Positions 50,852 through 60,853 of a stretch of DNA of 64,000 nucleotides are shown here, piece by piece. The notes below the pieces were generated by a model, which saw only the letters and a program-made list of their open reading frames with translations, ran no database searches and was not told the origin of the DNA. Origin of the DNA: Treponema sp. Lineage in GTDB: Bacteria > Spirochaetota > Spirochaetia > Treponematales > Breznakiellaceae. The stretch covers positions 1,924-65,923 of the forward strand of contig WQSQ01000001.1 in the NCBI GenBank assembly GCA_009787775.1. Direction: 5' to 3'. The stretch's first letter is position 1, and each line of letters begins with the position of its first letter. The position numbers and the translations under genes are program-made.

Positions 50852-53683
50852 TTATACCAACCCCAATTCCTTAAAGAGTTTTTTATATGAGTCAAAGTAA
50901 TCTGATTTTGCGAATTCTTCTATTTTTTCTTCTGGGAGAGATTCCAGAAGCTGATCCATATAACTTAGAATGTTTCTTAGCTCAGATTTTAATTCTACAG
51001 GAATCTTGAAGCTACCGTTTTCGCTGTATGCGCTTTTGGTAGCAGGAGAAGTCTGCGGGGCATGGTCTTTTTTGTATGGAGATGCTTTTTTTACAGGAGT
51101 GTCCTGTACAGCAGGAGTTTCTTTGACAGCAGGCTGAGGATCCGAAACCGATTTAGAAGCGGGAGCAGAAATTACCTCATCAGAAATATCTTCAATATCT
51201 TTATCCAACTGCGGTAATTCTGTTGAATCTTCTTCTAATAATTCTTCAACATTGTCAATATCATAGGTATCTTCCACCTGGGATTCAATTTCATCTTTAA
51301 GAGCGGTTAAATCATCTTCCGAAGGGATGTCATCAATTGATATTTCTACAATTTTCTCGGAATCTATTGTTATATCGTCAAGAGTGTCAAGATCATATTC
51401 AGATTCATCTATTTCTGGTTCTGAAAGATCATCATTGATGCCATCGATTGATAAATCCGGCTCTTCAATTACAGCGTCTGATAAATCAAAATCATCAGCG
51501 ATTGTATTATCTTCAAGATATGAAATGTTATCGGGAGCGGCAGTAAGATGTTCCACGCCTTCTTCACGAAGCATTACCAGTTCTTCATTGCTGTCATCAA
51601 GAGACGGGATGTCTTCCTGCGGGACTGCGCCATGAGCGTCAGTATCGATATCATCAAGAACACTGTCAATATCTTCAAGGGTGCTGTCAATTGAATCAAG
51701 AATATCTGTGTCAATGCTGTCATGAATATCAACGTCAATAGCGTTTGTAACATCAATATCATATTTAACTTCATTATCACCATCATCAGATGAACCTGTA
51801 CCGGTCTCAAGAATGTCCTCTGCGGTTTGTTCATCAAGATCAGTGCTAAAATCAATATCCATGTCATCTGTTTCTATATGTTCATCAGGTACTTCTTCAA
51901 TAACATCGCCTTTATCTGCTAAGACAGCATCATCAAATATAATTGATTCAACAGGTATTTCATCTGCCAAAATGTCCGAATCATCTGTATCATTACCTGT
52001 CAGATGTTCTCCAACCTCTGCATCAGAAGGTTCGTTAATTTCCAAATCAATTGTTTCGTCAACTATATCATCCATGTCAATTGATGACATTTCGTCATCA
52101 GCGAAGTTAATGTTATCTGACATGGATAAGTCAACACCCTCAATCTCTGAAGCGGTATCAATATCACTGGTATCCGAAGCTGTACCGATATCAAGTGAAT
52201 CTATGTCAATTTCGTGCAGGGGAGCATCTTCCTGCAGGTTTAATTCTACTTCTTCCGGTGACTCATCAAAGCTAATTTCTTTGTCCAGCGGTTCATCAAT
52301 AACAATATCTTCATCAGTCGGTTCATCAATGCTAATCTCAAAAACAGGTGATTCCGCTTCGGCGATATCTTCAGTTCCTGATTCCTCTGTGAGATCACCA
52401 GAGCTTATGATATTATCAATCTCGCCTCCTGTCAGCGCGATTGTTTCACCTTCGTTATCATCATCAATTGTTTCCGGTATACCCTCTTCTACAATTGTTT
52501 CTCCGCTTGTGCCGAGTATGTTATTAAGCTCGTCGCCTGTAAGCGATATTGTTTCATCATCTTCTTCTGAAAAGAAACTGCTGTGTGCAGAATTATCAGG
52601 CTTTTCCGGAGCTTTAATGCCGGATCTGGCAATTGCGAATTCTTTTTTAAGATCCGTGAGTTCGTTTCTGATGGATGAAAGCTCGCTTGCAATCTGCTGT
52701 AAAAGAATGGAAGAAAGTTCATTTCCGCCGATTTTTGCCGTATTTAAGTTATCCTGCATGATGCCGACATTGTTTTCAATTGATTTTACAGTAGGGATAT
52801 CAGAATCATCTGACGTGGTATTATCCATAAGCAGATCATCATAAATGACGACCGTGTCGTCTTCGCTGACGATTAAATCATCTTTCTGTATATCTTGCTC
52901 ATCACTACGGTATTCCGCGCTTTTGTTTTCAGCAGATTTTATCCCAAAGGATTCAGCGCTAAATGTATCAAGATCAACAGTATCAATCTGACTTAAATCG
53001 TTGCTAACAACGCTGTTATTACCGGAAATAATATTTTCTTTTGCTATATCATCAATGTCTGTATTATTACCGTTATCAAAATCATCTTCTGTAATTACAT
53101 TATTTTTTGTTATATCATCAATCTCAAATTCATCATCAAAATCATCAATGTCCATGCTGATATTATCCGATTTATCAATTACATCTTCCAAATTGTCATC
53201 AAATATGTCGTCTGCAGACGTGTCTAAAGATATATCTTTTGATTCTGTAGTTTCATTATCATCTGAAGTATCTTCGAGATTCTCGATGTTTTCATCTTCG
53301 ATGTTTAAGCTTTTTATATCAATTTCTTCATTATCGATTTCCTGAATACTGTGCCCACCAATATCGGCATCTATACTTGTTGTGTTGTTTTCATCATCTA
53401 TTTCGATATTATCATCAGGAAACTTCATGTCATCGAAATCAGCCATATCCTCACTGTTAATATCAAGTACAGCGTCATCAACAGACAATGAATCATCGTC
53501 ATCGGCGGATAAAAAAGAATCATCAAAATCAACAGAGGGTTCACCGGAGGACGCGTTCAATTGATTGTTATCTGAGAGAATTTGCGGTCCGCTCTTTACC
53601 CATACCCCATATTCATCCAATTCTTCCGCAGATCCAATGCTGCTGCGATCAGTGTATATTGATGGTTTTTTATTACTTGCCAT
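50852..53683 (-). CDS. Large, extremely acidic, probably disordered protein with helical termini
   Basis: Asp/Glu/Ile-rich throughout; central coiled coil; C-terminal helical bundle; AGGGAG RBS. Confidence 0.85.
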   Translation of the reverse strand: MASNKKPSIYTDRSSIGSAEELDEYGVWVKSGPQILSDNNQLNASSGEPSVDFDDSFLSADDDDSLSVDDAVLDINSEDMADFDDMKFPDDNIEIDDENNTTSIDADIGGHSIQEIDNEEIDIKSLNIEDENIENLEDTSDDNETTESKDISLDTSADDIFDDNLEDVIDKSDNISMDIDDFDDEFEIDDITKNNVITEDDFDNGNNTDIDDIAKENIISGNNSVVSNDLSQIDTVDLDTFSAESFGIKSAENKSAEYRSDEQDIQKDDLIVSEDDTVVIYDDLLMDNTTSDDSDIPTVKSIENNVGIMQDNLNTAKIGGNELSSILLQQIASELSSIRNELTDLKKEFAIARSGIKAPEKPDNSAHSSFFSEEDDETISLTGDELNNILGTSGETIVEEGIPETIDDDNEGETIALTGGEIDNIISSGDLTEESGTEDIAEAESPVFEISIDEPTDEDIVIDEPLDKEISFDESPEEVELNLQEDAPLHEIDIDSLDIGTASDTSDIDTASEIEGVDLSMSDNINFADDEMSSIDMDDIVDETIDLEINEPSDAEVGEHLTGNDTDDSDILADEIPVESIIFDDAVLADKGDVIEEVPDEHIETDDMDIDFSTDLDEQTAEDILETGTGSSDDGDNEVKYDIDVTNAIDVDIHDSIDTDILDSIDSTLEDIDSVLDDIDTDAHGAVPQEDIPSLDDSNEELVMLREEGVEHLTAAPDNISYLEDNTIADDFDLSDAVIEEPDLSIDGINDDLSEPEIDESEYDLDTLDDITIDSEKIVEISIDDIPSEDDLTALKDEIESQVEDTYDIDNVEELLEEDSTELPQLDKDIEDISDEVISAPASKSVSDPQPAVKETPAVQDTPVKKASPYKKDHAPQTSPATKSAYSENGSFKIPVELKSELRNILSYMDQLLESLPEEKIEEFAKSDYFDSYKKLFKELGLV

Positions 53684-53882
53684 GAACCGCTCCCTAAATT
53701 ATCACTTACAACCGGTCAGCATTGTAATTCCTGCCTCAAAACAATAGTTGTATCCTTACATCATCGGTATTTTCGTAATATTTCAGTAGTTTTTCTCATT
53801 ATAAATAATAAAGTATGACATTACCGTTGTCAATGCTTCGCCTTACTTAAAGAATTACGTATAAATTACCGTTAATTGAGTC

Positions 53883-54320
53883 ATGAGAATCCAAAAATAC
53901 CTCATCGGGATCTGGAGCGCTGTTGCTGTATATGCGCTTTTTTCATTTTTTGCCGGTCCAAAAGGAATTTCATCATATAATTACCTATTAACCGAGAGAG
54001 AATATCAATGGGAAAACATCAAAGAGCTGGGGATTCTTAATGAAGAGCTTGAAAGAACCAGAAACAACCTATTGTTTGATCATGATACAATCCTTGTTCA
54101 GGCGCGGCTGCTGGGTTACGGTCAGGAAGATGAACATTTTATCAGAATTGTAGGGTTGGAAAATACAAAAGCTGTTCCTGCAATCAAAGGAAGTGTTTAT
54201 TCAGTTCATAAACCCCTTTTTATATCCGACAGAAATATAAAAATAGCTGCTCTTTGCGCCGGGCTGCTGATTTTCTCTTTCCTTTTCATGCTTGAGCTAA
54301 TTGATAAACGCACAAGATAG
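53883..54320 (+). CDS. Septum formation initiator family (FtsB/DivIC-like)
   Basis: TM then GPKG, coiled coil, ARLLGY..EDE; extra C-terminal TM. Confidence 0.7.
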   Translation: MRIQKYLIGIWSAVAVYALFSFFAGPKGISSYNYLLTEREYQWENIKELGILNEELERTRNNLLFDHDTILVQARLLGYGQEDEHFIRIVGLENTKAVPAIKGSVYSVHKPLFISDRNIKIAALCAGLLIFSFLFMLELIDKRTR

Positions 54321-54414
54321 ACATGTATCGGCTACGGTATTGCCGCTTCATTATGTGAAGCAAATATTGTTTTTATTTATTCTGTACTAACATAGTTTAT
54401 GACGGTATCAAAGT

Positions 54415-55539
54415 CTAGAACCACCGGCGAACTTTAAAAAATACAATCATAATTGTCGCGACTAAAAGCATTACGCCAAGAACAATAAAATACCCCAGAT
54501 TATAACTTAATTCAGGCATAAATTCAAAATTCATGCCGTATATTCCTGCGATAAAAGACAACGGAATAAAGATGGCGGAAATCATGGCTAAAACTTTCAT
54601 TACCTTGTTCAACTGATACGATAAAACAGACAAATTTACTTCCATAATGCTTGACAGCCATTCGCGGTAATGTTCTACCTGTGTTACAGCATGATCTAAA
54701 TTTTCAATTAGATCCTGTAAAAATGGTTTTATCTCCCCGGTTTGGAAAAATGATTCTTGCCTGGAAATAATTAATAGATTGTTTTTTAAAGGCAGAATCG
54801 CTTTCTTTATTAAGAGCAAGTATTTTTTTGTTTCCTGTATCTCCTCTATATATGTATCATCGCTTGTTCTGGTCGCGCGCTCCTCAAGATTTTCTATGTG
54901 TTCTTCCAAATGGTTTATAGAGTTAAAATATTCGTCGACAATTTTATCAATAATTAAATAAGCAAGATAATCTGTTTCCATTTTGCGGATTTCACCTGTA
55001 TTATCTAATATTTTTTTTCTTATGCTTTCAAACGCGCCTCTTGATAATTCTTGAAAAGTCAACAGAATGTTTTTTATAATAACTATTCCAACCTGGGTAA
55101 TAATCAATTCATCTGTTTTTCTGTTATGGGAGACAAAACGCTTGTCCTTCCGGAAAGGCAGGGAGAACATTTTCCTTTTGGCATTTAAACGGCAAAAAGT
55201 ATTTTTCTTCTGTATAATTGTTTTAACCAATAAAAATCTATATTTTTCAAAAACTTCCATTTTGGCCTGTTGTTCTGTTTGCAAAATATCCTCAATGGTT
55301 AAAGGGTGTATTTCCAGTAATTCACCCAAACGTTTAATTGAATCACTGTCTTTTAATCCGCTTATATTTATCCATAACATCTTTGAATCGTTTTTAAGTT
55401 TTATTACCTCATCAATGGAGGAGACATCTTTTGTTTGTGCAGATACTGAATCATAACTAATATAAGACAATTTCATTTCTGAAGCAGGTATGTCTCCTGC
55501 ATAAACGGGATTAATGACATGAAGATATTTTAATGCCAT
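54415..55539 (-). CDS. corA: Magnesium/cobalt transporter CorA
   Basis: IHPLTIEDI, YGMNF signature, MPEL, two C-terminal TMs. Confidence 0.93.
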   Translation of the reverse strand: MALKYLHVINPVYAGDIPASEMKLSYISYDSVSAQTKDVSSIDEVIKLKNDSKMLWINISGLKDSDSIKRLGELLEIHPLTIEDILQTEQQAKMEVFEKYRFLLVKTIIQKKNTFCRLNAKRKMFSLPFRKDKRFVSHNRKTDELIITQVGIVIIKNILLTFQELSRGAFESIRKKILDNTGEIRKMETDYLAYLIIDKIVDEYFNSINHLEEHIENLEERATRTSDDTYIEEIQETKKYLLLIKKAILPLKNNLLIISRQESFFQTGEIKPFLQDLIENLDHAVTQVEHYREWLSSIMEVNLSVLSYQLNKVMKVLAMISAIFIPLSFIAGIYGMNFEFMPELSYNLGYFIVLGVMLLVATIMIVFFKVRRWF

Positions 55540-55783
55540 CCATGTTTCTCCTATTATCCGGAAAATGTCTTATTTACAGAATACCATGATTTTTAAGTAT
55601 CATTCAACTATATGAGGCTTTTTAAAAACTAAAAATGTTTTAGATAATCTTTTGCTTTTTTATATTGATTTATAATAATAAATTGCATTTTTATTTTTTA
55701 ACATATAATGAAAAATTGGGAGAATGGCCAATCAGAATTAATACTTTTTCAAATGTGAAAGAGAATTTGTATACAACAGAGAT

Positions 55784-56536
55784 TTATACATTTTCTTCTT
55801 CAATAATACTCCACGTCTCTCTCGCCGCTTCCTGCTCAGCGCTTTTTTTGTTACGGCCTGTTCCCGTGCCGTAAACAGTATCTCCTATGCGGACTTCCAT
55901 CCAAAAAGTGCGATCATGTTCAGGACCTATGCGCTTAACCATTATGTACTGAGGGTAACAGCGGAGCTTCTGCTGGCAGTATTCCTGCAAGAGCGATTTA
56001 TAGTCCTTATGATAATTTTCGCCGGTTACTTTATTTATTTCCGGCAAAATACATCCGCTGACAAAGTTAAAAACAGCTTTATAGCCTGAATCAAGGTAGA
56101 GTGCGCCGATAACAGCTTCCATTGCATCTGCAAGAATGGTTTTCTTTGTTCTTCCGCCTGAAAGCTCTTCGCCCTTGCCTAACAGAAGCATTTCGTCAAT
56201 ATGGAGAGACAGAGCTATACCCGAAAGAATATCCTCGGATACAACAACAGCTTTTATCTTCGCCATGTCTCCTTCGCTTTTTTCTTTATAAGACTGGTAT
56301 AAAAGGGTAGCGCATACAGCACCGAGTATGGAATCGCCCAAGAATTCAAGACGCTCGTTATTGGCTTTATCGCCCCGCTTAGGTGTTTCATTGGATACAG
56401 AACGGTGCACAAATGACAGGTTTAAAATATCTATGTTTTTAAATTTCAAACCGGCGGCTTTCTGAAACGCCGCCAGTTCATTTTTTCTTTCTGAACTGAT
56501 GGGATTCTTATTTTTGCTGAGATTTAATAAATTCGT
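55784..56536 (-). CDS. rnc: Ribonuclease III (start uncertain: ACG 56536 proposed, first canonical codon is TTG 56449)
   Basis: NERLEFLGDS, ADAMEAVIGALYLD, dsRBD. Confidence 0.93.
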   Translation of the reverse strand, partial: TNLLNLSKNKNPISSERKNELAAFQKAAGLKFKNIDILNLSFVHRSVSNETPKRGDKANNERLEFLGDSILGAVCATLLYQSYKEKSEGDMAKIKAVVVSEDILSGIALSLHIDEMLLLGKGEELSGGRTKKTILADAMEAVIGALYLDSGYKAVFNFVSGCILPEINKVTGENYHKDYKSLLQEYCQQKLRCYPQYIMVKRIGPEHDRTFWMEVRIGDTVYGTGTGRNKKSAEQEAARETWSIIEEENV

Positions 56537-56744
56537 ACGCGTCCTTCACAGTTTCAAATTCATTGGCTTTTTCATCCGGAATATTGATGCCCATTTCTTC
56601 TTCGATGGCATAAACCAGCTCATAGGTATCGAGGCTGTCGGCGCCGAGATCCTGACGGAATGACGCCTCCATAGTAATTTTACCTTCATCGACAACGAGC
56701 TTCTCTGCGATGAGCTTTTTCATTTTCTCAAACAATTCATCCAT
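56508..56744 (-). CDS. acpP: Acyl carrier protein
   Basis: DLGADSLD phosphopantetheine site. Confidence 0.97.
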   Translation of the reverse strand: MDELFEKMKKLIAEKLVVDEGKITMEASFRQDLGADSLDTYELVYAIEEEMGINIPDEKANEFETVKDAYEFIKSQQK

Positions 56745-56761
56745 TTTTTTCCCCTTAAGTC

Positions 56762-56950
56762 TTATACTTTGGAATCCGGTACGGTTACCTGCTTACCCCG
56801 ATAAAAGCCGCACTTTTGGCATACACGGTGTAAAAGAACCTTGTTGCCACAGGTGCTGCAATTTATCATTGTGGGTGCGGTAAGTTTCATGTTGATGGAC
56901 TGCCGACGGCTTGTCCTGGCTTTTGATGTTTTACCCCTGGGTACTGCCAT
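56762..56950 (-). CDS. rpmF: 50S ribosomal protein L32
   Basis: MAVP..KTSK, CxxC...HRVCxxCGFY. Confidence 0.96.
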   Translation of the reverse strand: MAVPRGKTSKARTSRRQSINMKLTAPTMINCSTCGNKVLLHRVCQKCGFYRGKQVTVPDSKV

Positions 56951-56974
56951 AATTTAACCTCTTAATCTTATTTA

Positions 56975-57004
56975 AATCTATCAATAAAATAGAATCATTG
57001 TCAA
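56975..57004 (-). promoter_or_regulatory. Sigma70 promoter for rpmF-acpP-rnc
   Basis: TTGACA-18-TAGATT. Confidence 0.5.
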
Positions 57005-57070
57005 GACAAAGTAAAAAACATTGTCAAATTGCAAAACGCCTGTTATTAAACATTAATAACGGGTCATCCA

Positions 57071-57104
57071 AGCCTGTTCCAGGAACTTAAGTTTTGGAAC
57101 AGCT
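57071..57104. repeat. REP-like palindrome abutting the coaD stop
   Basis: CTGTTCCAGGAACT-TA-AGTTTTGGAACAG; similar half copy at 23504-23518. Confidence 0.55.
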
Positions 57105-57590
57105 TCATTTGTCATTATTATACTTTTCTTTTAACGCTTTGGCAACCAGAGGCGGTACCATTCTATGCAGATCCCCGTTAAAAGAAGCCAATTCCTTAAT
57201 TGATGAGGAACGAATAACAAAATACTCCGGATCGGTAGTTAAAAAAATAGTTTCAATTCCCGGATCTAGTGTTTTATTCATCATTGAAAGATCAAACTCG
57301 TATGAAAAGTCCTCAAGACCGCGCACCCCTCGCACAAGCAATTTAATGCCTTTATTATTCAGAAAATCGACAATTAAGTAATCACAGACAGCAACCGATA
57401 CATTTTTCAAATCCTTTACAAGTTCCAGAATCATGGAAGCTCTTTCTTCAGCGGAAAAAAGATACTTTTTCTGTTTGTTTTCGGCAACAACAATTGTAAG
57501 TTCCTCAAAAATGGAGGCGGCGCGTTTTATAATATTAACATGACCCGATGTCGGAGGATCAAACGAGCCTGGAAAAGCTGCTTTCATCAT
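57105..57590 (-). CDS. coaD: Phosphopantetheine adenylyltransferase
   Basis: FPGSFDPPTSGH, RGVR..DF.YE, SSSIKE. Confidence 0.96.
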   Translation of the reverse strand: MMKAAFPGSFDPPTSGHVNIIKRAASIFEELTIVVAENKQKKYLFSAEERASMILELVKDLKNVSVAVCDYLIVDFLNNKGIKLLVRGVRGLEDFSYEFDLSMMNKTLDPGIETIFLTTDPEYFVIRSSSIKELASFNGDLHRMVPPLVAKALKEKYNNDK

Positions 57591-57597
57591 AACAAAA

Positions 57598-57626
57598 AGG
57601 ATAGCGGTACAAAATAATCAAGTCAA
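57598..57626 (-). promoter_or_regulatory. Sigma70 promoter of coaD (leaderless)
   Basis: TTGACT-17-TATCCT (same hexamers as the gap promoter), 7 nt before the ATG. Confidence 0.65.
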
Positions 57627-57850
57627 TAGCGGTGATTCCTCATTAATTAATAAAATGTGAAAATTGCAATTTACAACTTTACATAACTAAATGGACTTTT
57701 TTGAACATCATAGAGCTTGGAAAAATATAAAAGCGACGTAGGACACTTGAAATATTTTTGATTTTATGATAAAAATGTGTTTAGTTATACATGATAGTGT
57801 TTTTTGAGTTGCTATAATAGATTTTATACCGCTGTCATTGAATAATTAGA

Positions 57851-57923
57851 GCCACCTTAGCTCAGTTGGTAGAGCAGCAGACTGAAAATCTGCGTGTCTG
57901 GAGTTCAATTCTCCGAGGTGGCA
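57851..57923 (+). tRNA. tRNA-Phe (GAA)
   Basis: GCCACCT/AGGTGGC acceptor stem, D-arm GCTCAGTTGGTAGAGC, GCAGA-CTGAAAA-TCTGC anticodon arm, GTTCAATT T-loop; CCA not encoded. Confidence 0.97.
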
Positions 57924-58058
57924 ATATTTTTAAATGATCTAACTCCTTACAATGTAGGTAATTAGCTTGATTTATCGGAGTCACTTCCACAACCACAAAG
58001 GCGCGGTTCCTCTTGTAAGGCGTGTTTTGCCAAAGGCTTGTCAAAAGACGGAGGAAGT

Positions 58059-58860
58059 ATGCGCCAGAGTTTTTACCTGCGCCAAAAGAAAGTAAACGGA
58101 TTGTTCTCAGTAATTTTTATCGATCTGATAACAGATAGAAGGAATGAAAGGGCAGCCGGAACTAACGATAAAAAAAACCACAGCTCAAAGCTGGCTTTTA
58201 AATGGCTTACCTGAAAACCCTATAGTAAATATAATAGCTAAAACTACAAGTTTCTGCGATTACCTCTATCAGTTCTGGGATTTTAATAAATCTGAATATT
58301 TCAGGGAACAGGAAACTATGGGTAAAGAATCTCAATCGGAACATGCTTTTTAAATGCAAAAAGCCGTAGGCGGATATTATCGTCCTTATTTTTAAGGAGA
58401 TGTTTTTATCAAAATTTGACGAAGATTCTCTTCAAAAATTTATAGTTTATCAAAAGTATTGATAAAAACCTCGCCACTGCTACAGTGAATTCAGCGCGAA
58501 ATGTCGTAATTAAAGCTCTACCGTATGCAAAGCGGAAAAAGATCATTTAATCTTTTGATTTTGATAATGTCCTACGGGTTTGCGGTAAATCCAGGGAAAG
58601 AGGCATTTCAACAATAGAAGAGCTTAAAAATTATTTAAGCTGGAATGGCCTTACCACAAATCAAGGATAGCTGCCTTTATAGCCTACCATACCGGAATGA
58701 GGCTTGGTTAAATTCGTGCTTTATGGGTATGTAACATACACGAGAATCGAATACATGTCTAATTTAGCTGTAGCAGTAAGAAAAATAGGTCTAAATGTAT
58801 TAAAAAACGGCGAATCAAGCGATGTTCCAATATTGCCTTATTATATAATGAGATTATAGC
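58059..58860 (+). pseudogene. Decayed tyrosine recombinase/phage integrase
   Basis: GGAGG + ATG 58059; frameshifted fragments incl. YLYQFWDFNKSEY, HTGMRLG*IRAL (~58688-58723) and KNGESSDVPI; HxxR and Tyr motifs not found. Confidence 0.8.
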
Positions 58861-59196
58861 TTATATTAGGAATTCTTCGCTTATAGAGACACCTCTAGCT
58901 TTCGGTTCGTATAATCAAAAATATACAATCTTTAATTCTTCACTGCGATCCCTGCGCTCGCGAACCGAAGGTTCGATGCGTCTCTGCGAGTGAAGAATCA
59001 GAAATTGATTTCCATGAAAAACTCTCTTGTATCAGGTATTCTCAAACTGTTATATTCCAAACAGGGAAGAGCATATACCTGAAACAGCAACATCCGCTCA
59101 AACAAACCTTTACCAGTAACAATGACAGTATTTTTATGGTATTCTGATAAAGGCTGTGTCAGCAGGCGGAAACCTGTTTGCGGAAACGTCCTTTTC

Positions 59197-60555
<1,359 letters not shown>

Positions 60556-60853
60556 TCAATATGAAACAAAGTTTCATTTTTTCTCCATATGGTTTTATAT
60601 ATTTTTTTAGCATTAAATGTCAATTATGATACAACGCCTGACGCTTTTTAACCGCTCTTATTATAGAGAATAAGATTGGCGACTGTCAGGTATATCAATG
60701 GTTTGTATTATGGTCACAACACAAATTAACATGAAAAGAACCCTAAAACAAGGCAGACTGTTGTTATAAAATCATGTCAGTATATGTATGCAGACTGCGC
60801 CGCTTTTAATAAAAGCAATTGTCGAAATACATTGAGTATATTATGATCTATAA

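Noticed and set aside
51813-52844. Long Ser-rich + strand ORFs (also 51327, 53001)
   Set aside because: Antisense shadows of GAT/GAA-rich codons in the acidic protein
57862-58044. 60-aa - strand ORF
   Set aside because: Overlaps the tRNA-Phe on the opposite strand
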